Below are positions 40,030 through 55,447 of a stretch of 64,000 bases of DNA, in pieces; within the stretch, counting starts at the first letter, position 1, and each line of letters opens with the position of its first letter. Under the pieces are notes generated by a model. The model saw nothing but the letters and a program-made list of their open reading frames with translations. It ran no database searches and had not been told where the DNA came from. Source of the DNA: Octopus sinensis. Lineage: Eukaryota. The stretch is from NCBI RefSeq assembly GCF_006345805.1, contig NC_043022.1:23622001-23686000 (forward strand), given 5' to 3'. The translations under genes and the position numbers were made by a program.

Positions 40030-40604
40030 TTGGAAAATTGCCCTAAAAAAATCATGCCAAAATGTAATAGGATTTCCTTTCTAAACTAATACACATATGC
40101 ATGCATACATTGATCAACAGACAGATGAATCATCACTATTTTTAGCATGGTTTGGACAAGACCACTAAAGGTCTTATGGCCAGATGTCCTTTCTGGAACC
40201 AACCCTTAGTAGCATTTGAAGTAAGGCCTATTCACGTAAACCTGGAGTTTCTACCTTTAAAAACAAGGAGTTACAACCTTTTTACTTGTGTGATTTTTTT
40301 TGCTACCCTGATAACTATTTATGTGTGTGTGTACACACACACATATACATGTATATATATACATGTATGTGTGTGAGAGAGAAAGAAAGAGAGATGAGGC
40401 CTACAAAAAACTTAGCATAGAAAAATTAAAAAGGCATGCAAAGACAAAATAAAACTAATACCTTGACAATAAATCAGTTTCCTGAATTTCGGAGTGGTGG
40501 CTGATGAAAATAGGAGTATAAAAGAGGTGGTGGTACCCTCCTTTAAGTAGAAGTGGGAATATATGGGAGTAGGGTATCATCCCTATCCAGTGAGTTTATT
40601 TTTT

Positions 40605-40956
40605 ATTCTTTTACTTGTTTCAGTCCTTGGACTGCAGCCATGCTGGGGCACTTCCTAGAAAGATTTAGGTGAAAATATCAACACCAACACTAATTTTTTT
40701 AAAACCTGGCACTTATTTTATTAGTCACTTTTGCCAGAACAGTAGGTTACAGGAACATAAACAAACCAACACTGGTTTGTCAAGCAGTGATAGGAGACAC
40801 ACACACACTTCTTTCAGTTTCTATCAAATTCACTCACAAGGCTTCAATCTGAGGTTATAGCTTAAAAACATGTGCCCAAGGTGTCATGCAGTAGGACTGA
40901 AAGCAGAATCATTTGGTTGGGAAGCAAACTTCTTAACACACAGCCACACCTGCACC
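40605..40956 (-). mobile_element. SINE family B
   Basis: Tail ttcttttacttgtttcagtc through head cacagccacacctgcacc. Confidence 0.85.
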
Positions 40957-41399
40957 TAAAGAGAAGTACAAGGGAGCAGCTTATGAGAATTGACCCTAAA
41001 CCTTTTTTAAACTTAATAGATGTGCTCCTATTACTCCATTGTATGCTTATAAACTTTTTTTAAAGAGCACTGCATAAACTTGGTTAACATGTGCCTGTGC
41101 AACACACACGCATGCACATACACACACACTTAACAAAAATATACCGATTTAAAAAATTTATATCAATAAATACAATTTTTTTGCCACATATACAACCACC
41201 ACCACCACCACCAGTTTCTCAAGATTCTGTTTTCGTCTACATACATAATACACCCTCCCCCACCACACACTGATGTGTGTATGTCTGTATGTGTACATAT
41301 GTGTGCATTCCCTATAAGCACTGCTTATTTGTTTACTTGGAAGTTGTGCACATGTATGTATTCATATAAACACACAGGCATATATATACATATATATAT

Positions 41400-42050
41400 T
41401 CTTTTATTCTTTTACTTGATTCAGTCATTTGACTGCAGCCATGCTGGAGCACTGCCTTTGGTCAAACAAATCGCCCCCAGAACTTATTCTTTGTAAGCTA
41501 GTACTTATTCTACTGGTCTCTTTTGCCGTACCACAAAGTTATGGGGACGTAAACACACCAACATCAGGTGTCAAGTAATGGTGGTGATGACAAAAATAGA
41601 TACACAAATACTGATGAAAGAAAACTCCGAATGACCTGTCCTTGTTTTTTTATGTCCCTTTTTGTATCATCCAACTGCCTGGATGGTTTGTTGTCGCCTG
41701 TCACATTCTCCCATTTTTTTTTCATATCTATATATATATGAAAAAGAAATGAGAGAAAGTGGTCAGCCTGAAGCTATAGTAGAAGACATTTTTCCGAGGT
41801 GCCACACAGTGGAACTGAACCTTGAACTATGTGGTTGAGAAGCAAGCTTCTTACCACACAGCCACTCCTGTGCCTTAGCCACTACACACATTTTCTCTCC
41901 TTGTTTTTTTCTGTGTCCCTTTCTGTAGAAGAGCATAGGCTCAAAATGTAAAAGACTTTTTCTATTCCTGAGCGTTATACTATTACATCTGTTTGTTTTG
42001 TACACCACCTGTCTTCGTTTTTTGTTTTTTTCGTAAACTCTCCCTATATA
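41400..42050. mobile_element. SINE family B (minus; halves at 41400-41610 and 41760-41875) interleaved with probable Penelope-like fragments (41611-41745, 41880-42050)
   Basis: SINE halves read directly; the Penelope assignment is from recalled similarity only. Confidence 0.55.
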
Positions 42051-42160
42051 TGTGTGTATATATATATATATAATACACATATATACATACACACACACAC
42101 ATATATATATATATACGAATATATAGACATATGTATGGCTATACATCTATATATATAAAT

Positions 42161-42191
<31 letters not shown>

Positions 42192-42272
42192 TACACATAT
42201 ATATATGGCTACACAAACTCAGAATTTGGATCTGTTTGTATATCTTTTTGTCTGCCTGTCTATCTCTTTGTA

Positions 42273-42312
<40 letters not shown>

Positions 42313-42322
42313 ACTTTCTCTA

Positions 42323-44367
<2,045 letters not shown>

Positions 44368-44580
44368 GTCTGTCTGTGTCTGTCTATCTATCTATCTTTT
44401 TCTATCTACCCATCCATCTGCCTGTCGATCCGTCCACCCATCCATCCATCCATCTATCTATCTATCTACTTATCTGTCCATCTATTCATTTATCTATCCA
44501 TCTTTTTCTCTAAAGACCAATTTTTCTTCTCTATTTCTGTTCTCTTCTATTCAATACTCCTTCTACACTCTCTCCCTCTA

Positions 44581-44628
<48 letters not shown>

Positions 44629-44774
44629 CACTTCCCTAATATCTATTTTCCTTCTCCATCACTGTCCACATCATCACCACCCCTAACACCACACTTCTGT
44701 GCAGAGATGAACTTCTTTCTGTGTATCTCCTCACTTGAAGTGTAATAGGCAACATATATCAAAACTAGCTAGTA

Positions 44775-45179
44775 GGTGCAGGTGTGGCTGTGTGGTAAGA
44801 GCTTTGGTTCCCAACCACACGGTTCTAGCTTCAGTCCAACTGTGTGGCACCTTGGACAAGTGTCTTCTACTATAGTTGTGAGCCAATCGAAGCCTTGTGA
44901 GGTGACATGGTAGAGGGAAACTGAAAGAAGCCTGTCAAATTTTTTGTGTTGTGTGTGTGTGTGTGTGTGTGTGTTTGTGTGTGTATGCGTTTGTCCCTCT
45001 CCCACCGCTTGACAACTGGTGTTGGTTTGTTGATATCCTCTGAACTTAGTGGTTTACTAAAATGATACCAATACCTGGCTTAAAATTAAGTACTGGGGTT
45101 GATTTGTTTTACTAAACTTTTCAAGGCAGTGCCCCAGCTTGGCCACAGTCCAAAGACTGAAACAAGTAAGAAATAAAAG
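44775..45179 (+). mobile_element. SINE family B
   Basis: Head ggtgcaggtgtggctgtgtggtaag; CORE-like gcaccttggacaagtgtcttctac; tail gactgaaacaagtaag. Confidence 0.85.
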
Positions 45180-45489
45180 CTTGGTAGGAGGAGAGATGGG
45201 TTGTGGACTACTCAAGCTCACATACAGAGAGTGTGTGCGAGAAAGGGGAGGGGGAGAGGGGGAGACAGAGAGAGAGGGAGAAAGAGAGATATAGAGAATG
45301 AGAAAGGGAAGAAGAAGGAGAGAGGGAGTTGAAACAGAATATGTAGTAGCTGGTTGGAGTCAAGTTGTACCTCCCACACACATATACACTTACATAAAAA
45401 CACATACGCAAGTACAGATGTATGTACATACATACATAGGTATGTACACTCACGCGTAAATGGTAAAGAAAAACTAACTTGTCTTTGCC

Positions 45490-45867
45490 ATCATCATCAA
45501 CGCCAACCTCACCACCACCATCGTTATCATCACTGCCACTACTACCTTCCTCCTCACCATCACCACCAACATCATCACCACACCCTCCTCATCATCATCA
45601 CCATTACCACCACCCTCCTCCTTATCATCACCACCACCACTACCATCTTTCTCCTCACCATCATTATCATCATCCTCACCATCACAACTATACTCCCCCT
45701 CATTTTTACCCTGCCCCCTCCTCCTCATCACCATCATCATCATCATCATATTCAGTGTCTAATTTTGCCTGCCTCTGCCTGTCTGTCTGGCTGCTACAGT
45801 AACTTAAGACCTGAACTAAACCACAAATATATATATGTGTGTGTATGTGTATGTGTGTGTATGTGTA

Positions 45868-45922
<55 letters not shown>

Positions 45923-46150
45923 GTGTGTGTGTGTAGTTCGACATCAGCTGGTTGTAAAGGTAGATGTTTCAAAAGTATTCCTTCATGCAGTCTTCTTACA
46001 CGTTTCCTCTCTTGTCATGTACTTGCTTCTCTTCCATCTTGTAATTATTCCTCTCTACCATAACCACCACCACTACCACCACACTCACAGCCACCACCAC
46101 CACCATTATCACTACCACTGCTACCATCACCAACACCATCACCACTACCT
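45490..46150. repeat. (CAC/CAT) trinucleotide low-complexity blocks with central (TG)n(GA)n
   Basis: Direct reading. Confidence 0.9.
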
Positions 46151-46374
46151 TTCTTGCTCCATCACCAACAATTTATATCCTTTCCCCCCATCACACTCTC
46201 TCTCTCTTCCTTTCTTTCTCTTACTCTTTTAGTCTTTCTTATTTTCTCTCTCTGTCATTTGCTTTCTTCTCTTCTGTCTTATTCTTCCCCTACATCAACA
46301 CCATTATTACCACCACCATTACCACTGTCACCCATACCTCCAGCTCCTCTGCTCTTACTACATTAGATGTTCTT

Positions 46375-46434
<60 letters not shown>

Positions 46435-46517
46435 CTACCTATCTCTCCCTCCCTCTTCTCTCTCTGTTGCTACCTCTGTCTTCTTGTCTCACCATTGTTA
46501 TATGTCTGTGAGTCAGC

Positions 46518-46601
<84 letters not shown>

Positions 46602-47499
46602 TCATCTAGCTAGCTAGCTAGCTATCTGTGTGTGTGTGTGTGTGTCTTTGTCTGTCTATCTATCCATCCATCCATCCATCCAACCATCTATCTGTCTGTA
46701 TATATATATATATCAATCCTTCTATCTCTTTGTTTTCTGCCTTTTTACCTCAGTACATGTGCATAACATATGTACATACATACATGTACACATACACAGA
46801 CATCTACACGCATACACACACAAATGTGCGCCTGCATAAACATACAAACTCTCACAAACATACATATACAAAACCAGGCACACGAACAGATAGACACACA
46901 CACACACACGCTTAAATTCTTTTCACTGACCTTCCCTCCTCACACCTTTCCATTTCATTTTCGCTTTGTTACTTGTTTTCTTTGTTTAATTGCTTAATCA
47001 AAATAATTATTATGGTTGTAATTGTTGTTTGTCTGTCTGCTTATCCCTTATTGCTATTGTTGTTGTTGTTATTGTATAGTCTCAGGACAGCCCTGTTGCA
47101 GCAGACCAATGATCATAGTCATTCCAACTGTGACCATTCCAATTTTCTAAATGAATATCTTCTAATTTTTCAAGGGATCACAACTGAGGTGCATTTCCCC
47201 ATGCAACACCAAGAATCTCTGAGGTCCTCCCCCATTAGCTTTAGTAGGTCCTTAATTCCACGTGGTGCATGCTATTAACAGCCACCGTTTTGGGTTTAAT
47301 ACCTCTGCTACTCATGGACATCCTTAATCTTTCACTTGTTTCAGTCATTGGACTGAACCCTTGCCAGGGCATTGCCTTGAAGGGTTCAGTTGAACAAACT
47401 GCCAGGAACAGAGATCATTATAGCAGTGAAACAAAAACAGATAGAAAGATGAAGCAGTATGGCTGTGGCCCACTGGATGGGGCTTACTTGTGGCCCAAT

Positions 47500-47765
47500 G
47501 GTTAGAGTGTTCCTGCTGGAGCTTGCCTGTGACCTGGTAGTGAGAGCTTTCCTATGGTCCAGTCACCAGAACATTTCTGTAGCACAATAGCTGGAGTATT
47601 CCTGTGGCTCGACTTTTCCTATGGCTCAGTAGCTGGATTATGCCTGTAGCCCTGGCTGGAGCTTTCCTATAGTCAAGAGGCTGGAGCATTTCTGTAGCCT
47701 TGAGCATTTCTGTAGCTACAATATTCTTATGGTTCAGTAGCTGGAGTATTCTGTGGTCCAGTAGA
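47500..47765. repeat. Degenerate ~24-bp minisatellite
   Basis: Recurring gctggag(c/t)attt/cctgtggctcagta; the minus ORF shows an 8-aa LQLL.HR periodicity. Confidence 0.7.
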
Positions 47766-49283
47766 TGAAACATGTCTATGGCGCAGGGGCTGAAGCATAC
47801 CTATAACCCAGTGCAGAATATACCTGTGAGTTATTTTATGCCAATCAGTTCGGTGACCATTTTCTGGATGTGTTCTTGGATATCTGTGCAGTTGAAACAC
47901 CTTGATCTCTCTAATAAGAAAACATTAAATTGTAGACCTTACTTGATTGTTGCGGATATCAGTAGCTACTAAGGACTGAAACACTTTCTGGTCCTGCAGA
48001 GAAGGGCTGGTCTTTAGGTTGCAGTCCAAGGATGTGCTTTCACCAAAAGTGATCCTTGGTGATAATGAGGGTTTGATATGATAAACTAGATATCCAAATA
48101 AATAGTATGTAACAGACAAAGCTAGGGTACACTGAAACCACGGGATACAGTATGGTGGATGCAAACTCTTTCAGTAAATGAACTTATTGAGTCAATGGTG
48201 AATATCACTAGATGCTGAACAAATGAACAGATAACTGTTAACAGCCAGGATGAACTAGTTCACTTAGTAAACTATTGCTATCATCTGCAGTTGTGATGTG
48301 CACAGATGAGATATTTCAGCTAGCAAAAGACAAATGTGACTAAAACACAAGCCAGACATTCATACCACATTGCTCAATCAAAACATCTGGTGTGGAAGAG
48401 TTGCCATGTTCTGGGCAAGTTGCCTGACCAGATAGTGAAGATGATGATGATGAGAAACCCAGTGTAAGCAGTGCTACAGCATGGCCTTCGTCCAATGACT
48501 AAAATGACTAAAAAAAAAGAAGCAAAAACATATGGACAACAAGAATCTGTAGGATGAGGATAGTGTTAAGGAGACGTGAGGAAACTGTTCCCTCGGAGTG
48601 AACAGCTGAGATCAACACAGTAAATCAGAGATTTTGAATCTGTATGTTACTACATTTTATTGTTACAGATAATCTTGAGATTTGTCAAAAAATCAAGTTA
48701 TATTGAGTTGTCATCATCACCACCACCACCACCACGTGGATTTGAACTCTGATAGCAATATTCTTTTGAGAAGCAGCTCCTACTTCTATGAGTTCTAATA
48801 GGCTAGTCCAGGTGTTTGGGAATCCCTGAAGGTTAAAATGTTGAAACTAACCCTAGAAAATGGAAGCACTGTTTTGCGTTACATCTGCTTTTGAGTATGG
48901 TCTGGCAGATAGTCCAGAGTACAGCTGTAAGAAAATATAAATATTTATCTTAATCTCATAGTACTCACTTTGTGCTCACCATGTTCCCAACTTTGGTAAC
49001 TAATCATGTTGTTTATCCAGTATTTACAACACTCACACATGCATTCATGCATATACATATACATCCTTTGCTACTATTTGAACCTGTTTCCTTTATAGCT
49101 CTAGTAGTTTTTGTATCCAAAACCTTTAATCATATGATTTCCTTCTACAAAGTTAAAGGTCACAAATGCCAGATAGTTACCTTTTTAATTGATGATACAA
49201 AGACACATACATATACATGCATATATATACATGCATGTATATATACATATATATATATGTGTGTGTGTGTATATATATCTATA

Positions 49284-49325
<42 letters not shown>

Positions 49326-49365
49326 CTGAGGAAGTAAGATATGTATGTAGTGTATATATATATAT

Positions 49366-49413
<48 letters not shown>

Positions 49414-50486
49414 GAGAGAGAGACATGCAAATTGATATTCCCCAGATGGGTTATGCTACAGTTCTAAACATCTTACAATCCCTTCCCCACCCATTATGAA
49501 ACTCCCCACCCTCAACTGCCAACTATCTCTATATACATTTGTGTTAAGGTTATCATCTCTGCCATGCCAATGCCAAAGGAAGCTCTTCTAGCCGGGACTG
49601 TTCCCTTCAAAGAAAGACCCCAGATATTTTTCGTGCTTCCCTAAACATACATCAGGTGATTTACTCACACAGAACACCTGTGTAAATAAAATACTATGTG
49701 TATTTAGTATTTACGTCATTCACTAACCTTTTTTTTTTCCAGCCAAAGATGGCTAGTACTATAGTTTGAGGGGTTACTTTACTTGTTGCTATCCCAGGTC
49801 AGCCCTAATCAAGAGGACTAAGGTTTGCTTTCAAATGCATGTTCTTTCCCTAGTGGTGAATTTGTCATTAAAGGGGAGAGGATTTCTTCTTGGTTAGACA
49901 AAGTTGAAGACAATGCATATCTAGTTTTAATTGGATGCAGTTTAAAATTATACCCAGGACAATATGACTATGTAGGTAAAAGAGGGATAGCAATAACCAT
50001 AACATTTTCAGGATCTCTAAGTCTGGTGAATGTGGGGTAGGAAAAAAGGAAGAATAAATCCTGAGCACTGTGCCTTTTCATTTTTTGGTTCTTTTACCTG
50101 TTTCATTCATTGGACAGTGGTCATGCAGGGCTATTCCCTTGAAGAGTTCATTTGAATGAATCAACTGCACTTATTTAATTTTTAGAAATCTAGTCCTTAT
50201 TCTATTGATCTCTTTTACTGAAGTAAGTTATGGGAACAACAAACCAACACGTTATTGAGCAAAAGCATGCAAACACACACACCACCACCACCACCACCAT
50301 CATTTAATGTCCATTTCCTATACTGGCAAGGGATGGATGATTTGACAGGATCTGGTAAGCTACAGGGCTCCGTCATGCTTCAATGTCAGCTTTGGCATAG
50401 TTTCTAATGACAACCACTTTATGGTGTGTGTGTGTGTGTATCTATACCTATATATAGATATATATACAAATATATATATATATATA

Positions 50487-50859
50487 TCTCTATATATAAA
50501 CAGCAGTTTGTCTGTGTGTGTTTCTGTGTGTCTGTTAGGTTGTACCCTCACCCTGACCACGGCTTTCAACCGATTCTGATGAAACTTGACACACACACAT
50601 AGCCCAATGTCATAATTCAAAACTAACGCAGCGAAAATTTTGAAAAGTTCCCCCAGTTCTGAAAAAAATCGATAAATTCGACATGGGGTCGAGAATCAGA
50701 AACACAAGCCACAGACTGTCTAGGGGACGCAACTCGACCTTTTTAACTAAAAAAAAAAATTACCATCATTTTTTTTTCCATTTTTTGGCTATAACTCTCT
50801 AAAAATGCTTTATAGTTATTTCCCTTACAAATCCGAGCAACGCCGGGTGATACTGCTAG
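50487..50859 (+). mobile_element. Non-autonomous Helitron, short (373 bp)
   Basis: A|TCtctatatataaacagcagtttgtctg start; 3' tccgagcaacgccggg hairpin then tgatactgCTAG. Confidence 0.85.
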
Positions 50860-52007
50860 TCTCTATATATATAAACGGCAGTTTGTCTGTCTGTGTGTCT
50901 GTCAGGTTGTACCCTCACCCTGACCACGGCTTTCAACCGATTCTGATGAAACTTGATACACACATAGCTCAATGTCAGAATTCAAAACTAACGCAGCGAA
51001 AATTTTGAAAAGTTCCCCCAGTTCTGAAAAAAATCGATAAATTCGACATGGGGTCGAGAATCTAAGCTTTTTATATGCAACACATTTTCTGTTTTAGTTT
51101 TCGCAACTTGCAATCGATTTTCACCAAACTCATGGTGAAGCTTAATGTTACCCAATGAAACTTAATTCTGACGTTAGTTTTCCATGAAATACCTTACCAT
51201 CAGAAAAAATCGATAAAATCATGCCATTTTAGGAAATCGCGTTCAAATTCAAGATGACATATTTTCGACAATATCTTTTGCAAATTGGCAGGAATTTTTT
51301 TTTAAATTCACAGCGAGCATCATGTCTTCTCCAAGGAGCTATATGGCCCTTTTTATTCCAATAGGATACTTTATTACTGGAAAAAATCGGTTAATCAAAT
51401 CATATGTGGCACACATAGCAAACCGATTTGTGTATTAAACACAAACCACAGACTGTCTAGGGGACGCAACTCGACCTTTTTAACTCTCGGAGCACGTTGG
51501 GTAAGTATCCCAAAATGTATAAAAATGTACAAAAACGGCAAAAAAGCGGGCAGCAATGTGAGTGACAACAACGAAAAAGTCAAAAGTGACCAAACTGAAC
51601 AAACGAATGAAAAAGGTTTTTTGGTGCACACGACAAAAGCGGTTTATAATAAACCAAGAGTTTGCAAGTAGCGTCCGAGGACCCTTAGGGTACGTCAAAA
51701 ATTTAAGGTAAAACATTTGGGGTGGTAGTTATAAAGAAAGTTTAAACAAAAAAAGTATTCAAATAACTTGCGGCTGCAGCAGCTATTAGCAGAAGTTGGG
51801 GGTAAAGTCTCAAATGTAATTTCTTCCTGGCAGGAATTGGTTGGGTTGAATTATCGATAGCTGTTTGATAGTTATTTGGAAGTGAAGAGAAGACATTGCA
51901 ACCTACACATGCGCCTTCGTTCCCTAGAGGGAAAGGACTAGATTGGGATTAGTCGTTGCCTACTAGGGGCTCTTACATACCCGGGCAACGCCGGGCTATG
52001 CTGCTAG
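50860..52007 (+). mobile_element. Non-autonomous Helitron, long (1148 bp), abutting the short copy
   Basis: TCtctatatatataaacggcag start directly after CTAG; perfect hairpin CCCGG-gcaacg-CCGGG at 51980-51995; CTAG|T at 52004-52007; no Rep/helicase ORF seen. Confidence 0.85.
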
Positions 52008-52233
52008 TATATATATATATGACAGCTTTCAAGCAGTTTGTATCCACCAAATTCATTCATAATCCATCGGTCAAACCAGGGCTATAGTAGAAACACTTAT
52101 TCAAGGTGCTTTACATTGGGACTGGGGACTGAACCTGAAACCATGTGATTGCAGAGTGAACTTCTTATTTGCACAACCATGCCGGCTATGTGAGATATTT
52201 CATTTTATAGGAATTTTTTGTTTATATTTACAG

Positions 52234-52422
52234 GAAGATACTTACAGCCTCCGGTCAGAGTCGACAGTTAAATCTCCCCATTCAGACAGATTACTCAAGC
52301 AATTCACAGCATCAGCAAGTAAAGAAAAGGAACTTGCTCAAGGACTGAGAGCTGCTGTTGAGAAAAAACTCAAGATGACATCATACAATAACATTGATGA
52401 TGAAGATCAATTGGAGAAGATG
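52234..52422 (+). CDS. SMTN: Smoothelin-family gene, exon (EDTYSLRS...KMTSYNNIDDEDQLEKM); translation may start at ATG 52375
   Basis: Pyrimidine-rich acceptor ttttttgtttatatttacAG at 52232-33; donor ATG|GTAAGG at 52423; 189 nt, 63 open codons, phase 0/0. Joins in frame to the exon at 63840 to form a Smoothelin-type motif (DEDQLEKMLEKVDNFEERKKIRARLREIR). Symbol is family-level only; orthology not tested. Confidence 0.85.
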
Positions 52423-52479
52423 GTAAGGGAAATTCTGTTCTATTACTTATGATTATGTTGTGTCAATTCATCAGAGTGA

Positions 52480-53180
52480 TATGGACCATCTAGTCAACCT
52501 TAAGGGTGATTGATGACTTGCATGAGGACTAGGTGCAATTGCTGACTTGTAAAAGTGTTGTGTTAAACAACTGTTGTCTCATGTAGAATAGGTATGAGTT
52601 CATTGTGAGAATTGCTCTACCACCTTTCTTTGGCCAAGAAGTGTAGATAGCAGGTAGCTTTGCTCCATCTAAGAACCAAGACAAAGGAAAGCATATGAAC
52701 AAATTTTAGAGTAGCAAACCCAAAATGCTTACCTCATTGGCCAAGCCCTCATCAACTTGGAGAGAAGTGAATTTTCTGAAAGATGGGCAGGAGTAGCAAG
52801 AATGGCCCAAGGATGTGGGCCTGCCTTTAGTAAGCAACTGTAGGCCAGAGATCAAAACTGAAGTAAGTGTTGCCCTTGGTGGTCAGAATCATGCTGGATC
52901 TGTGGGGTACCTTTAACATCTCCTATGTGATGGCCTCTCTTATTGAGTTGTGCTTGCTCTTGGTAGTCAGAGTAATATAAAATTTGCTGTGTTTTTGCTC
53001 TACTTATCTGACCATTCTCTTTTAGGTTATCATTTCCCTTGGTAGTCATAATCTTGGACCTGTAGAGTTCTTTCAATAGGCCCCAAGGTGGAAGCCTGTC
53101 TTTTGGGGATGTGCTCACCTGAATCTTTGGCTTTCCTTCAATTACCCCTAGGTTGTTGCATCCTACTGAATGTTTCATTT
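52480..53180 (-). mobile_element. Highly decayed LINE remnant (probably RTE-like)
   Basis: Minus translation has faint similarity to post-RT motifs (ILYYSDY resembling ILLYGSETW; GRPTSLGH resembling RR..FAGH). Confidence 0.4.
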
Positions 53181-53966
53181 CATTCTTTACATACTTCTAT
53201 TTTTGATGCCTGTTATTTCTTATTCTTCTTTTGGTTTGTGTAGCAAAGTCTCTTAACAACAATAACTCAAGATAATTATCATTCCATCAGTCTGTTTTAA
53301 CATTTATTTCGTGCTTGCACTATCTTGGCTCCTTTTGGCTATAAAACAAATCAGTGTTTTCAGGAATTTGTTGATTTCCTTGGAGCTATCTCTCTTGATT
53401 TTCTTATACACATCACTAAAGTAACATTTCATCAACAAATTGCATGGATAATCTCAGATCTGATTAGTAACACCACTGTGCCTGTAGAGTTTATTCCAAA
53501 CCAACAGTCACTTGGCAGCACTACCAAAACTGGAATTTTCAGGATTTGTCAATAATTTCCTGGATGTAAGTCCTCCAGAAAATACTATTAAGTTAATTTT
53601 TGTTGATGTCCAAAGTCATCATCGCTCCTCCTTACAAAACTCTATAGATTTCAATGGTTGCCCTACCACAGGTCATATGGCCTGACTGGTGGAGAAATAT
53701 CAGCGCTTCACCACTAACACTATACGTCTCAAGGGTTTCTGTCACTGGTTACGTGGTCTGACTAGTAGAGATCTGTGGATTAAAACAATGCAACATTGGC
53801 ACTGATTCCGTATTATGTATCAATATTCAAAGAATAATAGTGAAAGAATAACATCTATATTGTAATGTGGTATATTGTTCTGGTTTTTAATTTCTATAGC
53901 CACCTATATTATAATGTATTTAATATGTCGTAATATATTAATTTATCAGTATATATATATATATAT

Positions 53967-54142
53967 TAAAGATAGTTATGGCTGGTCTATGGGGTTACCC
54001 AGAGTTTTGTGCCCGTAAAGCACTTGGCTTTACAGCGTCTCTTCAGACCCTAATAGCCGGCGGTGAAGAGACACTGTAAAGCTAAGTGCCTTACGGACGC
54101 GAAACCCAGGATAACCCCATAGACCGGCCAAAACTATCTTTA
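53967..54142. mobile_element. 176-bp fold-back MITE (79-bp arms, 18-nt loop, TA ends)
   Basis: Arms 53967-54045 and 54064-54142; 68/79 identical by manual alignment. Confidence 0.88.
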
Positions 54143-54209
54143 CCTAATTACTCTAATGCTCTATTACTTAGTATGCTGCTCTTTCAGATTTGTGATCTGT
54201 TGATGATCC

Positions 54210-54257
<48 letters not shown>

Positions 54258-55081
54258 ATGCATGCACACACATGTACATATATAAAGTGTGTATATATTA
54301 TAATGAGAAATAGAAAACCACCTGGAGGGCGGTGTTTTTACTGGTAATAATAATAATTAAAAGTCTTCAGTTACGCTTCCTGTTGTGGAACTAAACAAGA
54401 AAAAAATGTGTATGTATGTACATATGTGTATGTATATGTGAATGTGTGTGTGTGTGTGTGTGTGTATTAGCAGCAGTCAAGAAACTTGCTTGTATACTTT
54501 CTGTTCTGGTTCCGCCTGACACAAGAACTCTTATCAAACGAAGTCTTCGAGTCTTCCAAGAATAGCTCTCAGCTTGATCGACGCATAATAATGATACTAC
54601 ACTGGCTTAGAATTATATTCCGCCTTCTAATAATAGCAAGTTTAAAACTAAAGGCGAACTGGGCGCCTGCTTTCCTAGTCAAATTATCATCTCTCATCCC
54701 TCTCTTTCTCTCTCATCACTCTCCATCCCTCTCACTTTCTCTCTCCCTGTCTCTCTTTCCATTCTCAATTCTGGGTATTGGATAACTTGTCGCAAGTCTA
54801 TCCTTGTTTGCAACAGAAGTAGCTAGTAGGTAACATTAGCCTCATCCTGTCGTTATGAGTGAGTGGCTCTCAGAAGCTCTGGTGTTGAAATTATATCAAA
54901 GTTTCTTTGTTTAACCCTTTCAAGTGATTTTTCATTTGGTTAAAAGATGACAGAGTGTGAAGCTCAGATTGCTGCCAGATAGATTCTTAATTTAAATAAA
55001 TATACTAACAAGCATTATACAACATATTAGATTCTTCCTTTCATTTCTCTGTGTGCGTATGTGTGTGTGTGTGTGTGTGTA

Positions 55082-55437
55082 GGCGCAGGTGCGGTTGTGT
55101 GTAAAAAGTTTGCTTCCCGACCACAAAACTCTGGTTTCGGTCTCACTGTGTGGTGCCTTGGGCAAGTGTCTTCTGCTACTGTTCCCGGGCGGACTAAATA
55201 GTGAATCGCATTGTTTGTGTCTGTGTGTGTGCACATGAATGCCTGTTTCCCACCACTGACTGACAACTAGTGTTGGCTTGTTTACATCCCTGTAACTTGG
55301 TAGTTTGGTAAAAAGAGACTGATAGAATAAGTACCAGGCATATAAAAATAAGTAGTGGAGATCAATTTGTTTGACTAAAACCCTTCGAGGTAGTGCTCCT
55401 GTATAGCTGCTGCCCAGTAACCAAAACCAGTAAAACA
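55082..55437 (+). mobile_element. SINE family B
   Basis: ggcgcaggtgcggttgtgtgtaaaaag head, CORE-like ccttgggcaagtgtcttct, standard tail; opposite-strand copy at 56110-56413. Confidence 0.85.
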
Positions 55438-55447
55438 TATATATTAC

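Noticed and set aside
45240-45275. G-quadruplex motif
   Set aside because: Only three G-runs of three or more, within a GA microsatellite.
51395-51716. Helitron Rep/helicase coding remnant
   Set aside because: The short ORFs show no HUH or PIF1 helicase motifs, so the element is called non-autonomous.
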